Positions 12,710 to 25,750 of a stretch of DNA of 64,000 nucleotides are shown here, one piece after another. The stretch comes from Octopus vulgaris (taxonomy: Eukaryota): contig OX597818.1 in assembly GCA_951406725.2 (NCBI GenBank), forward strand, positions 105,710,001 through 105,774,000, read 5' to 3'. The translations under genes and the position numbers were made by a program. Numbering within the stretch: the stretch's first letter is position 1; the number at the start of each line of letters is the position of its first letter. A model generated the notes under the pieces. The model saw only the letters and a list, made by a program, of their open reading frames with translations. It ran no database searches and was not told the DNA's origin.

Positions 12710-13143
12710 GTAAGAATCAAGTAACACATCTTTTGACATAACATAAAAGCTATATAAGAGCATATGCATACATGCATTCATACATACATACATACATACA
12801 TAAGTACATACATACATACATACATACATACATACATACATACATACATACATACATACATACATACATACATACTGTATGTATGCATGTACATTGTCAG
12901 TTTATGATTTGAGAGGAACTAATTAAAATTTTTTGATTGTTATATCATCATAATGTAGCTGATAAAAAAGGCTTAATGAACTACTCTGATTTATATTATT
13001 TGTTGTTATCCAGTTAATAAAAATTATATTTTATTAGAAAGGTGAACTTGATAAATTTATAATGGAGAATTGAGTAAGTCAGGAATATCTGAGTAGCAGT
13101 GACATGAACCCGACCATTTTATCACTCTATTTATATATTTCAG

Positions 13144-13274
13144 GTGTGCAAACAGTTTCTTTTGATGATTGGACCAAAATTGACCAAATAGAAACCTCAA
13201 ATGCTAAACTAACTGAACGTCCTCGAGAGAAGATTGTTGATGTTGAGAAGATGTTGAAAATAGCTGCCTCTTAA
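13144..13274 (+). CDS. FDXR: FDXR terminal coding exon
   Basis: tttcag|GT; GVQTVSFDDWTKIDQIE...RPREKIVDVEKMLKIAAS* contains SFxDWxKID and PREK motifs; TAA at 13272-13274. Confidence 0.96.
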
Positions 13275-13334
13275 TGATAATTGTCCTACCTAGAATGAAT
13301 AATCAATTAGTCACTTGTTGATGTTTGTTTTTGT

Positions 13335-13340
13335 AATAAA
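13335..13340 (+). terminator. Candidate polyadenylation signal of FDXR
   Basis: AATAAA 60 nt after the stop, followed by GT/T-rich sequence. Confidence 0.6.
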
Positions 13341-13419
13341 GCATATTTATTTTCATCAATATCTAGAGCTGTTATTGTTATGTTTGTTTTCCCAACAACT
13401 ATTGTTGCTATTGCAGCAC

Positions 13420-14160
13420 ATTTTTCTCAGACATGGAAGGTGAACCTAGAATTGAGATGCCTCAAGGTAAATTTAACAAAGACTAAGGTTTTAGTAAGTA
13501 GGAAAGAAGGCAGAACCCTCATATCATCAAAGAAATGGCTTTGTTTGATACAAAGGAAAGGTGTAGATATAAATTCCATGTGCTGTACCTAATATACACT
13601 ATGGACATACAAAAGATGTGAAATTACAGGAAGACTAACAGAAAACATAAGCTTTGTATGTGGCAGATGCAAGGAAACTTACATACTATGAGCACACTGT
13701 AAATAGATTATCTTAAATGCCCAAATGACTCACTAGAAGTAATCAATAGTATCTGTTACCAAGAAGATATAATTGGCAGGAAAGTGGTTGCTTAGAAAAT
13801 AAAGTAGCCAAAGTAAGAATGTGTTGCAAAAAGTTCAGGGAGCTACCAACACTGCTCATAACAAAAGTGTTCTCCTTCAGAGTGAAAGGCAAACTGTATG
13901 ATATGTATTAGAACTGCAACACTGCATGGCAGAAAGGTACAGAAGACTTATGAAAGCTAGAAGGAAATGAGGCCAGCATGCTCCAATGGATTTGTAATGT
14001 TAGTGTGCATGAACGCCAGTGAACAAATGAGCTAAAAGAAAAACTGGAAGACTAGGGATGAAATGACAAAGGCTGACCTGAAGATACTGCATCCAACAGA
14101 AAAGATAACAAATGACCAAACTGGCTGGTGATACACAGTGCTACAGAAGACCTGTCCACC
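13420..14160 (+). mobile_element. Decayed RTE LINE ORF2 fragment
   Basis: LKVNLTKTKVLVS followed by a Cys-rich insert; overlaps in sequence with the fragment at 1090-1492. Confidence 0.75.
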
Positions 14161-14229
14161 AATACCAAAATATATCCTGACACGCAATCATGAATATCAG
14201 TTGGAGGGGAAGGTGAATAAAGTGTGGGT

Positions 14230-14597
14230 CAGGGAGGTAATAGATGGCAGTGAAGATGTGAAGTGTGTGGGGTGGGATGCAAGAGAGATGCAGTGTTGAG
14301 GATGAAGTGGAGGTATATGAGGGTGGAAATGGTGGGAGACAAACGGAGATAATGGGGTTGGGGACTGCCGTTAGCAAAATGTCGGAGCATTGCATCCTTC
14401 AAAACTTCCATGCTTCCTGAGATTCGCCAACACTACACCTGATTTCCTCCCCTCCATACACACATAAGCATGTATCTGACTCATACATTGTTTGCTTTCC
14501 AGACATTTGTACATTACTGCATATACTTTATATGCACTTTCTGACAAGTTGTGGTGCACCTGAGCACTGTATACAATAATTTCATTATTATTATTAT
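14230..14597 (+). mobile_element. Probable LINE 3' end with (TTA)n tail
   Basis: Ends gcactgtatacaataatttcattattattatt; sits between two RTE fragments. Confidence 0.5.
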
Positions 14598-14629
14598 GAG
14601 ATGTACAGGAAAGGGGAAGTGAAAGCACT

Positions 14630-14800
14630 TACTACACTCTCAGAGTGGCTGGCATTAGGAATGGCATCCAGCTGTAGAAACTTTGCGAGATCAGATTGAG
14701 CCTGGAGCAGCCTTCTGGCTTACCAGTCCTCAGTCAAACTGTCCAACCCATGTCAGCAGGGAAAGCAGACATTAAACTACGATGAAGATGTTGATGATGA
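14630..14800 (+). mobile_element. RTE LINE 3' UTR with (GAT)n tail
   Basis: Matches 8700-8868; further minus-strand copies near 6385-6600, 20650-20950 and 36115-36310. Confidence 0.8.
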
Positions 14801-15045
14801 TATCAGTGTCCTTTGTTTAAACTTGTTACTAATAATAATAATAAGGCAGAAGTGAAGGCCAAGTATATAGTGCATATGTTTAATTGGTAAAAATAAGACC
14901 ATCCCCAAATATAACAAATAACATATATATACATACGTACACACACACATACATCCACGCGCATGCACACATACATAAGTATACATACACACATACAAAC
15001 ATACATATATATATATACATATATATTCAAAATATATATATTCAA

Positions 15046-15083
<38 letters not shown>

Positions 15084-15505
15084 ATATGTATATATTTATA
15101 CAAATCATTTAACTAAAATTCTTCGGGGTGGTGCCTAAGAATGGCCACAGTCTAATGACTAAAACAAGTAAAAGAATAAAGGAATAAAAAAAACATTAAT
15201 GTGTGTGTGTGTGCATCATTGTGTGTGTGTAAGCCATAAAGCAATGCGCAAGCACTCAGCTCTAAGTGTACTGCATCTTAAAGCAGAAACAGTTATAAGT
15301 AAATGAAGTTGGTTATGTAATTTCTGTTTCTTTTTAATTTCTTTACTTTCACATTCTTCTCTTTAAGTGCCTAATCCTCTATTCTGAAGTAATTTTCAGT
15401 GTTATGCCTAAGTGCAAAATCATGTGTGTGTGTGTGTATGTGCGTGCACGTGCGTGTGTGTATACATACATACGTACATACAGACATACACACACACACA
15501 CACAT

Positions 15506-15594
<89 letters not shown>

Positions 15595-15606
15595 TATATA
15601 CATATA

Positions 15607-15943
15607 TACTCTTTTACTCTTTTACTTGTTTCAGTCATTTGACTGTGGCCATGCCGGAACACCACCTTTAGTAAAGTAAATCGATCCCAGGACTTATTCT
15701 TTGGAAGCCTAGTACTTATTATATCACTCTCTTTTGCCGAACCACTAAGTTACGGGGACGTAAACACACCACCATCGGTTGTCAGGCGATGTTGGGGGAA
15801 CAAACACAGACACACAAACATATACACACATATATACAACGGGTTTCTTTCAGTTTCCATTTACTAAATCTACTCACAAGGATTTGGTCAGCTGAAGGCT
15901 ATCGTAGAAGACACTTGCCCAAGGTGCCACACGGTGGAAATGA
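15607..15943 (-). mobile_element. SINE family A
   Basis: Reverse complement of the family A body and (GTAAAAGA) tail. Confidence 0.85.
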
Positions 15944-16710
15944 GTATGTATGTATGTATGTATGTATGTATAGATATGTTCAAACTAATGGGAGACACAG
16001 CTGGATATATATATATATATATACACATTGGATATATATATATATATATAATATGTGACAATTAGTTAGTTGCCATAATAACTAATTGTCACATATATTA
16101 CAGATAAATTCCTGTATTTACATAATATCGAGGTCTCATTCATTCTTTTGTCATATTATTATCATTATTGTGTGTGTGTGTATCCAGTTATGTCCCACCC
16201 CACAGTTTGAATATCTATCTGTCTATCTTTTTTCTCTTCTTCATGGCCTCTTTTGCACTTGGCAATGGAGTGAAACATCAGCTATAAACGAATAAACTCT
16301 ATTTATTGGATATTTTACCCATTTCTATAACAAATAAGGTGTGTATGTGTGTCTGTGTGTCTGTGTGTCCCTCTGATGTTGGTATTTATGCATAGATAGC
16401 AGTTACTGCTTTGAGATAGTCTTTATTTGAATTCAAAATTATTTAAAATTTCTTTATAAAATTTTATATGCTTCATAATCTTTGAAAATAGTCTGGTTAC
16501 ATTTATCGTTTCTTAACAGTAATGATTGTGGTCAAGAAAGCACTCAGATTGGTTCATGAATTTATTTTGAAAATCTCACTGAGCAACCATTGGTCAACAT
16601 ATTTCTAAAGCTTTAAACTGATTGGATGAGAATTTAAACTTTCCCACTTTTGTTACCCATCAATAGCCACCCACACACAATCACCCACATTTTTGCATCT
16701 TCATTCATGT

Positions 16711-16750
<40 letters not shown>

Positions 16751-16786
16751 CTGTGTGTGTGTGTACATTTTTATATGTATGTGTGT

Positions 16787-16836
<50 letters not shown>

Positions 16837-16932
16837 TATAAGTTGTTTATAATTTTAATCTTTAAAGGTATTTTAATATGCTGCCACTTTTGATGAAATT
16901 TTTTCTGAAAAAATTTTTATCCTATATTAGTA

Positions 16933-16967
<35 letters not shown>

Positions 16968-17137
16968 TAAGCATACTCATAGATGCGTATATACATTTAT
17001 ATATATATATATATCAATATCGTAAGGCGCGAAACTGCATTTGACCAGTAACTAATGAGGATTTGGTGACCCTCTGTGTCTGTTTTTCATTTCTTTGTAC
17101 ATTCATTATTTTTTCTTGACTCATATATGTATATCTG

Positions 17138-17176
<39 letters not shown>

Positions 17177-18449
17177 TATCATCATCATGCTCATCATCAT
17201 CTTCATCATCATTATCATCATCATTCAACATTCATTTTCCTTACTGATGTAAGATAGACAGTTTAACAAAGAATGGGGATAAAGATGTGTCAGGGCGTAT
17301 CCCCAAGTTAGAGGAAGGGGAATTAAAGAGAAGTGGTATCGGAGCATATGTTCGTAGGTGTGTGAGAGATGAGTGGCAGCTAGGTAGAAAGAATTGTAGG
17401 GAGTGCCAAATACACACACACATACTCACACATATATATATTTATATGTGGTTTTTCTTAAACTCTCCTAATGATAGATAGATATTATTTATGGAAAACT
17501 GAAAAAAATAAATCATTAATATCAAACCAACAAAAGGATTTCTTACAAGGGTGCATGAGTTTAGGTATATATTGAAGGTAACTTCAGTGCTGTGAAATTC
17601 ATTATTTAGTAAGGATCTTGGATGTAGTGAGCTTCATTCTTTTCATAAAAACGATATTAGAATAAACGAAGAAAAATAATGTTAAAATCGTGTGCTTTAT
17701 ATGAATTGCTTGTTCACTAAACTGAGTACATTGCCTGCCTATTAAAATAACAGTAGTCTGCTGCAATTGACTTTGCCTTTCATTCTTTCAGGGTCGATAA
17801 ATTAAGTACTGGTTGTGAACTGGGGTTGATCTAATCGACTGGCCCCCTCCCCCCAAAATTTCAGGCCTTGTGCCCAGAGTAGAAAAGAATATATTTGGAT
17901 CAGTTCATTCATTTGAATATGCATTATTATGCAAATTAGACTGACCTGTTTAGCTGTGTCCTAAATTGTATTTAAAATAGATAGTTGTAAACTATTAATA
18001 TGTTCATGGTTAGAATACTCTGCAGTGAACTCTAGATGAATCAATTGAACCTTGTTGTCACTATGCTCTTCGGATTGTGATGAGCCATAAGATTTATAAA
18101 GCTGGAGCTTCATCTGGTTTCCATAGCATGTACGTGACTGAGAGTACAACACACCCACTGGATGGGACATCAGTCCACCACTGGGTTAATTTCCCAGCTA
18201 TCATTGGAACACATTTACAGCTGAGTGAACTAGAGCAACAAGAAATGAATTGTTTTGATCAAGAACACGATTCACACCTGGTCCAGGAATCAAAACCACA
18301 ATTTTATGATCATAAGTGAAGGCATAAATGAAGGCATTTATTGACTGATATGCAAATTTGACTAACCAGTTTAACTGTGTCAAAATTTATATATACTATA
18401 CATAGCTATGAGCTACTAAAGTCTTTGCCAACAGAAGATAGGAATCCTT

Positions 18450-18487
18450 TCTCTGATGAAGGTTTAAAAAGACCAGGAACAAGTCAT
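18450..18487 (+). ncRNA. Degenerate hammerhead-like motif
   Basis: CTGATGA-a-ggttt/agacc-a-GGAAC-aa-GTC; core GAAA mutated and stem I broken. Confidence 0.4.
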
Positions 18488-19489
18488 TTTAACCCATTTT
18501 TCTGATCATGGGGAGATAACACTTGTTATGTAACCACCTTATTTACTTTTTTCACATGAAGACTGAATAGCATATTTATTGAAAACAGAACTTAAATTTC
18601 AAATTTTCCCAAAATATGGTACAGCAGAGTATGAATGCATGAATGAGTTAACCACAATGTTTGGATATGCATTATTATGCGAATTAGACTGACCTGTTTA
18701 GCTGTGTCCTAAATTGTATTTAAAATAGATAGTTTTAAGCTATTAGTATGTTCATGGTTAGAAGGTATGAAGTCCTCTCTGTTCTAAAATTAGCAAGTAG
18801 TGAGAATGATTCCAGTTTTTCTGCCCATTCGGAGATAATATTTGAGGTATAACTACAGGTTGCAAAGCAACACTAAGTGTTTTTTGCCTTTAAAAAAAGT
18901 ATACCTAACATTTAAAATCCCAAATACTATGAACTAATGTGTGTGTGTGTGTGTGCGTGCGCGCGCATGTGTCTATCTGTCTGTGTGTCCATGTACGTGA
19001 GAGTGTATATACATATACACACATATACACACATGCATACATATATACATGCATACATCTGTATAGACAGATTGATGGATACAGACATACACACATAACA
19101 TACATTTACATTACATACACATAAACGCATGTAAATATGGTTGTTTGTGTGCCATGTCACACTTAGTAACATGTAACTGATAACATGTAACTTAGTACAA
19201 CCTTTTGTGTGGCTAGATTGCAAGCAACTAAACCAGCAATCTTACTAAGCCTGCACAGCAAGGAAGGTGGTTTTCATTGGACCCCCTACTGGAGGAAAAA
19301 TGAAACATCTCAAAGGGGAGATAAACTCAGTGGGGTCAATGGCCGTCCAACAGCTAGGGTGGGAGACCCTAATCTTTGTTAAGACATCTTTCTAGAAGAA
19401 AATTTTGAAATGAAACCCACCGCATTGTGAAATCAGAGAGTTTGCTCTTGCTTCTTTCTGGACCATTTGGCTTTGCAGGTGAGAGTCTT

Positions 19490-19745
19490 AGTAGTGTTGT
19501 GGTTAGGGTGTTGCAGTCATGATCTAGCAATCATGGGTTCAATTCCTGGACTGAGCAGAGCATTGTGTTCTTGAGCAAAACACTTCAATTTCATATAGCA
19601 CCAGTCCCCTCAGCTATAAATGGAGTAGCCTTCCAATCAAGAAGAATGTAGACCTGCTCACCTAGCCAGTGGGGTGGCCTCATTCAAAGGCTAAAACGAC
19701 ACAAAGCACATTGTGACAAGTGATGTATATCATCTGATGGTTTGA
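19490..19745 (+). mobile_element. tRNA/CORE-like SINE, family C
   Basis: gtggttagggtg A-box-like and ggttcaattcc B-box, then cttgagcaaaacactt; related copy at 22530-22830 and minus-strand relatives near 18070-18340, 23160-23430 and 24690-24895. Confidence 0.7.
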
Positions 19746-20964
19746 GTGCCACGTGATATATGTGTGTATAAATGTGTGTGTATGTGTTTGTGCACATGTG
19801 TGTGTGCACATGTATGTGTGCGTGCACATGTGTGTGTGCATGTGTGTATGTACTGTTGTACTTTGGGGATCATTTTACCTATAAAAACATGCACACTCTG
19901 ATAATATCTAATTATTTCATTATTATCAGTCAACTAGTGTGTGTGTACATGTCAACTAGTGTGTGTGTACATGTGACAAATACACACACACACACGTACA
20001 CACACACTCAGGTGCACACACACACACAAATTAACAATTTGTCAGAGAACAAATGAGGGAATGTCATCAACGAGGTCACCAATAGCAACTAAAAAATTCG
20101 GACACATTAACAGATTGACTAATCAAATTACTTAGTTAACCAGCCAACTGATAAAAGGAAGTGAAATGCAACCAGTGCATGTAATTCTATATGCAAACTG
20201 GCCTTCCCAACACTGGTTTCATTGCATCAAGGACCTTGTAATAGAAATAACCAAATTATACATACATGCATGCATAGAAGCATACATATATACATACATG
20301 CATGTGTAGATGCATGCATGCATACATACATACATACATACATACATACATACATACATACATACATACATACATACATACATACATACATACATACATA
20401 CATACATACATGTATGCATGCAGGTATGCATACATACAAATGTATATATGTTGTGTATGGTGTAAGAATTTAGAAACTTCAAGGGGAATGAAATAACTAA
20501 TTTTGAATGGTGGAACTCAAAAGTAGTTACAGGTATAATAGTGTATGAATTTTGGGTTAGAAAAGCCCTTGAATGGAGAAAAGCCCTTGAAAGTCAAAGA
20601 TTGGCTTTTACTTTTAAAAACGATTTACATAAACATACAGACACATATCATCATCATTGTGATCATCGTTTAACATCCACCTTCCAGGAGCTGGCCAGGC
20701 AAGAGCCTGCACCAGACTTCTGTGTCTGTTTTGGCAAGTTTTTTTACAGCTAGATGTCCTTCCTAACAATAACTACCCAGCAGAGTGGACTGAGTACTTT
20801 TTACATGGCACAAGCACAGGCAAAGTTACTTTTGGCAAGGTTTTTACAGCTGGATTCCCTCCCAAACACCAACCACTTTACAGTGTGGACTGGATGTTTT
20901 TTATGTGGCATCAGCATTGGCATGGTCACCAAGTAACTTGCAAGACAAAGATCCTTTGAGAAGA

Positions 20965-21035
<71 letters not shown>

Positions 21036-21419
21036 ACGCATTGAGATCATAAAAAATTTATAGACTTTCAAGAGAATATTAAATAATTGGTTTTTTGTGG
21101 GGGACTATCTTGAAGCACAGTCATAAAGGCAGCCTTTAACTTTTTCAATCCCAAAAGTATTTCAATTGATATTATTTATAGCTTTATGCCTATGCTTCAA
21201 GATATTCTCAAAAAAAGGCAAAAACAATTCACACACACATGCACGCACACACACACACACACACACACATGTGCATACATATATGCATATACATATACAT
21301 ACACACACATGCACAGAAGGGCACACACACATATACTCACACACATACACATATGCACATGCACACGCGCGTGTGTGTATCTCTGTATGTAAATTTCTAT
21401 ATGTACATGTATATGAGTT

Positions 21420-21856
21420 GAAACCTGCTAGTAAATGTATGGAACATGTGAACCGTCTTCCTGAGAAGGGCACAAAACATTCCTCTTTTTTTGTGAGGCC
21501 AGTGTGGTTGTGTCTGCTTCTCAAAAACAGGCTTACTCAGCCACAAGCATGGTGAAGGAAACACCACCATCTACCAATGTGATATCCAGTATGACTTCTC
21601 ATGTGCCTTGTGTAGCAGAGTGTGGCTCAGCCAGTGGACTTGCTTGACATTGTAGATCCCAACATTCTGATGGTAAGCTGTGGCTGGAGGATTGACTTGT
21701 GGTTGGTGTGGAATGACTTGTAAGTCTCTTGCTTGCCTTAGGAGAGACATATGAAATGTTACGAGCAAGAGAGAGATGAAACTTGAGATGCTACTGAGAG
21801 TGAAACGGGTCAAGAAAGAGGTCCTACTCGGTCATGTGTTGACTTCAACCATGTAT
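21420..21856 (+). mobile_element. Decayed LINE (RTE-like) 3' end with three C2H2-like fingers
   Basis: Frameshifted QCGCVCFSKTGLLSH, CALCSR..SASGLA*H and CGWCGMTCKSLACLRR; ends in (ATGT)n. Confidence 0.55.
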
Positions 21857-21895
21857 GTATATAAATACACACACACTCAGGTGCACACACACACA

Positions 21896-21942
<47 letters not shown>

Positions 21943-23011
21943 ATGTACACACACACTCAGGCGCATGCACACACACACACACACACTTACGTACCCACAC
22001 ACATACACAAGCATGCGCTTACACACACAAACACATAAATATACATAAAACACACACACACGTGTGTTAAGCATTTAAACTTGTGTTAAGCATTATGATA
22101 CTATTTGCTAATTTTAACAATTTTTTTTTTTTAGTATCCAAAATATTAAAACAGGTTTGACAGGTGAATATAATATAATTATACCCAACAATAAGATGAA
22201 ATAAACAATAATAGAACAATAGAGTACACAGCAAACATGCAATAAAATCAGACTAACCAACACTGGCTGACATTATGAAGTATGTAGAATTAAGATAATT
22301 AATACATTTATAGAATTAATAGGACTATTACTTCTGTTTAAGTCAATATTTAACATCTACAATGATGTTGTGTTAATTTTATAATTGTTAATTATATTTC
22401 TACCAAGGACAATAGAAGTCTGTCTGTTATCTGAAATAATAAGAACAGTGTTAGCAACTGTATAAAGAAGAATGTGTCTAGATGTTACTCAACTTATAAT
22501 ATGTGAATATATGTGAATGTATTTGTGAAGGTGCATAACCTAGTTATTAAGACATTGCACTCATGATTGCAAGATTGTGGTTTCAATTCTCAGACAAGTG
22601 ATGCTTTTTATCCTTGAACAAACCACTTCATTTTATGGTGCTCAAGTCCACTCAGCTGTAAATGGGTCACACTGTAACAGAGTAGCATAAAGTTCAATGG
22701 AAATATTGGTCTACTTGTCGAGCTAGAAGGGTTTCATCATTTGAAAGCTACAACAATGCGAGGAAATGCATTGTGATCAGTGGTATATAACAACACCTGA
22801 TAGTCCGGTTGATACAGTAATACAGTGAAATGAATGTATTCGGGCTGTGTGTGTAGGTTTGTGAGTGTATTTGACAGGGAGGGTAATACTTTGGAGCATT
22901 GTCTTAGCTAAATGGTTAAGAAGTTCCCTTTATGATCATGAGATTCCAGATTTGATCCCCTCTATATTGTAGCACCCTAAGAAAATGTTTTCTGCCATAT
23001 CTTAAAAGAAA

Positions 23012-23083
23012 ATCATTAATGGCAATGGATAAGGCATCTGACTTCGAATCAGAAGATTACGAGTTCGTGTTTCATTGTGGTCG
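23012..23083 (+). pseudogene. tRNA-Arg(TCG)-like pseudogene
   Basis: aatggataaggcatctgactTCGaatcagaagatt..gttcg..gtggtcg; anticodon stem TCTGA/TCAGA intact; 5' acceptor strand and T arm degraded. Confidence 0.7.
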
Positions 23084-23699
23084 CAAATAATTTTTTAAAG
23101 GCGGTGCTCCAGCATGGCCACAGTCAAATGACTGAAACAAGTAAAAGAGTAAAAGAGTCTGCATTAAATCTGCAGTTTCATTAGGATTGAGCTTATCCCA
23201 GTTTCTGAGATGTATAAGCAACTGAAATTCTAAGACTCTTTCCTGGATATGATGCCAGCCCATTGCAAAATTAAACCTCAGCTATTGGTACACGTTTTTA
23301 GCTAAATGAACTGGAGCAACATGTAATGAAGTGTCTTGCTCAAGAAAACAATATACCACCTAATCCAAGAATCAGACTCAAAACCTCACTATCATGAGAG
23401 CAAACCACTAACCACTAAGTTACACACTTCCATCCTCTAGAGTTAATCTAAAACCTGTGAGTGAAATTAGAGACAAAAACTTCATTGAGACCTATCAATT
23501 TCACTGAACCCATAATTCAAAGGGTCAATCTTGTAACCCTTAACATTAGCATATTGATAAAACATCTCACATATGACTTCTGTATACAAATACACACACA
23601 CATATAAATACATGTATGCACTCCACACACACATACATCCAACGCATATATGAAAAGACTACATCTAAAAGTTGTTTCTTCTTCATTCACTTTTGTTGG

Positions 23700-24260
23700 A
23701 TGCAGCCTTAACCAGGTGTAACTGATGTGATCAGATGGTGTAAGTATCCAATGGTTACTTGTTTCAACCTTGAACTGTAACACCCTCCAATAGGCAGACC
23801 AACAGCAGTGGCCAAATCACTGCCCTCCTCCCCTTATTCATCCAACTTAGCTCCTCTCTCTTATTCCATAAACAGCCAAGAGGTGCTTTCTGCTGCCTCT
23901 TTCATTCTACAAGGAGCTAACTTTCTCTCTCTTCTTCTTATTCCGATGGCTGTAAGAATCCGCTGTACTGGCAAGGCAGGATAACCTCTACAGCTAACCA
24001 TGAGTGGGAATAACTATCCCTGCAATCCTGCAAAACTCCTGTGGGACAGTAAGTTTGATTGGGATTATCTTCTTTGCTTTCTTAGACCACAAAACTATAT
24101 CTGACCCCAGGATCATCTGAACAATCTGGAGACCTACAACCTTTCTCTTAGGTCCACTATCTTACCCTATTATTAGGTCTTTATAGCCTGCTTGCTCTAG
24201 TTGTGTTAGATGGTTTTTCTCCTTCCATCATAAACTCGACTGATGCTCTTGGTTTATTCT
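23700..24260 (-). mobile_element. HERO-like RLE non-LTR retrotransposon, 3' fragment
   Basis: Hand translation gives VDLRERL..., SDIVLWSKKAKKII, KLTVP, AVEV and EAAESTSWL, matching the PDIVLWS / ELTVPW / VEVG / AAE..S.W pattern. Confidence 0.65.
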
Positions 24261-24271
24261 GTGGTTAGCAC

Positions 24272-24509
24272 TTCTTATTTCTTTATTGCACACAAGGGGC
24301 TAAACATAGAGGAGACAAACAAGGACAGGCAAAGGGATTTAGTCGATTACATCGACCCCAGAACGTAACTGGTATTTAATTTATCAACCCCGAAAGGATG
24401 AAAGGCAAAGTCAACCTTGGCGGAATTTGAACTCAGAACGTAAAGACAGACGAAATACCACTAAGCATTTCACCCGGAGTGCTAACATTTCTGCCAGCTC
24501 GCTGCCTTA
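24272..24509 (-). mobile_element. tRNA-derived SINE, family B
   Basis: Reverse complement of aaggc.gcgagctggcagaa...ctgagttcaaattccgcc...actttgcctttcatccttt; matches 61531-61732. Confidence 0.85.
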
Positions 24510-24972
24510 AGTGGTTAGAAATACACAAGAAGTGGTTAGCACATTTTGTGTATTTCTTGCTCCACAGTGGGAACAAATGTCATAAGCACCTAGTCATGTA
24601 ACTCTATTGAGTAATTGTGTTTTTACATCCAAATAAAATGTGCTCCATGGTGCCTCTTTCTATAAAGTCTTTACAGTTAGCCCTTCTTCATGCCTCACCT
24701 GTGCAGATTAATGCACATCAAATCAATGTCACCTGAACAGGTGCATGGCGTACAACTCACAAGGTGTTGAAATGATTGCAGAGCAACATGAGATGAAGTG
24801 TTTTTCTCAAGAACACAATGCACAATTGTTCAGGAAGTGAAACCATGATCTTGCAAATCATGAATGCAACACCCTAACCACTAGGCCATGTGCCTTCATA
24901 TACACACACACCTACGCATGCACACACACAGACACACACACACAGACACACACACATACACACATACACACA

Positions 24973-25010
<38 letters not shown>

Positions 25011-25324
25011 TACATAGCATATGATGGGCTTCCACAAAGTTGAATAATAGGTTTCTGTTTATTCATTTTTTTGTGCTTTGTCTTTTGTGGGGGTTTTTGC
25101 GGGGTGGATGGGGTTCAGCTGAATTTGTCTGGTATCGATTTAACTTGTTTCAATTGTGTGTTTACAAATGGTAGCCAGTCAATGACTAACGTCAGGATTT
25201 GCCATATATAGAGCATAATGTTTAGCCAAGAACAATAACACTGAGATAATAAATTTAGTATCATTTACTCAGGTATTTCTGGTTTCTTTCATTGTTAGTT
25301 CAGTGATGTTTATAAAATTTTCCA

Positions 25325-25750
25325 TGGCTGTGCGGTTAAGAAGGGACTGAACCTGAGAAGAAGAGACATTAGGTAAGGCTCCTCTACTATGGCCCCAGGC
25401 CATCCAATGTCTTGTGAGTGAATTTATAGTTGAAAACTGTTTGGAAACCCATCATGCATGCACGCGTGCGCGTGTGTGTGTGTTTTGTATGTATGTGTGT
25501 ACATGAATATGTATGTATATATGTGTGTGTCTCTGTGTTTGTCCACCCACCCACCAACTATCACTTGACAACCAGTGTTGGTTTGTTTGTGTCCCCAGAA
25601 CTTAGGAGCTCTTAACAAAAACGTCTTATAGAATAAGCACCAGGCTTAAAAATAAAATAAGTACTAGGGTTGATTTTTATTTTTACTAAACCCATTAAGG
25701 CAGTGCCCCGGCATAGCTGCAGTTATATGACTGAGACAAGTGGAAGATAA
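25325..25750 (+). mobile_element. SINE family A, diverged
   Basis: Head, internal microsatellite and tail blocks colinear with 35591-35985. Confidence 0.7.

Noticed and set aside
17025-17075. GAAAC...CTAATGA, possible permuted hammerhead
   Set aside because: No stem I, mutated core and no stem II pairing
14777-22074. Many ORFs rich in YI, CV, HT and MYVC repeats (also throughout the window)
   Set aside because: Translations of (TA)n, (CA)n and (TACA)n microsatellites with no coding signal
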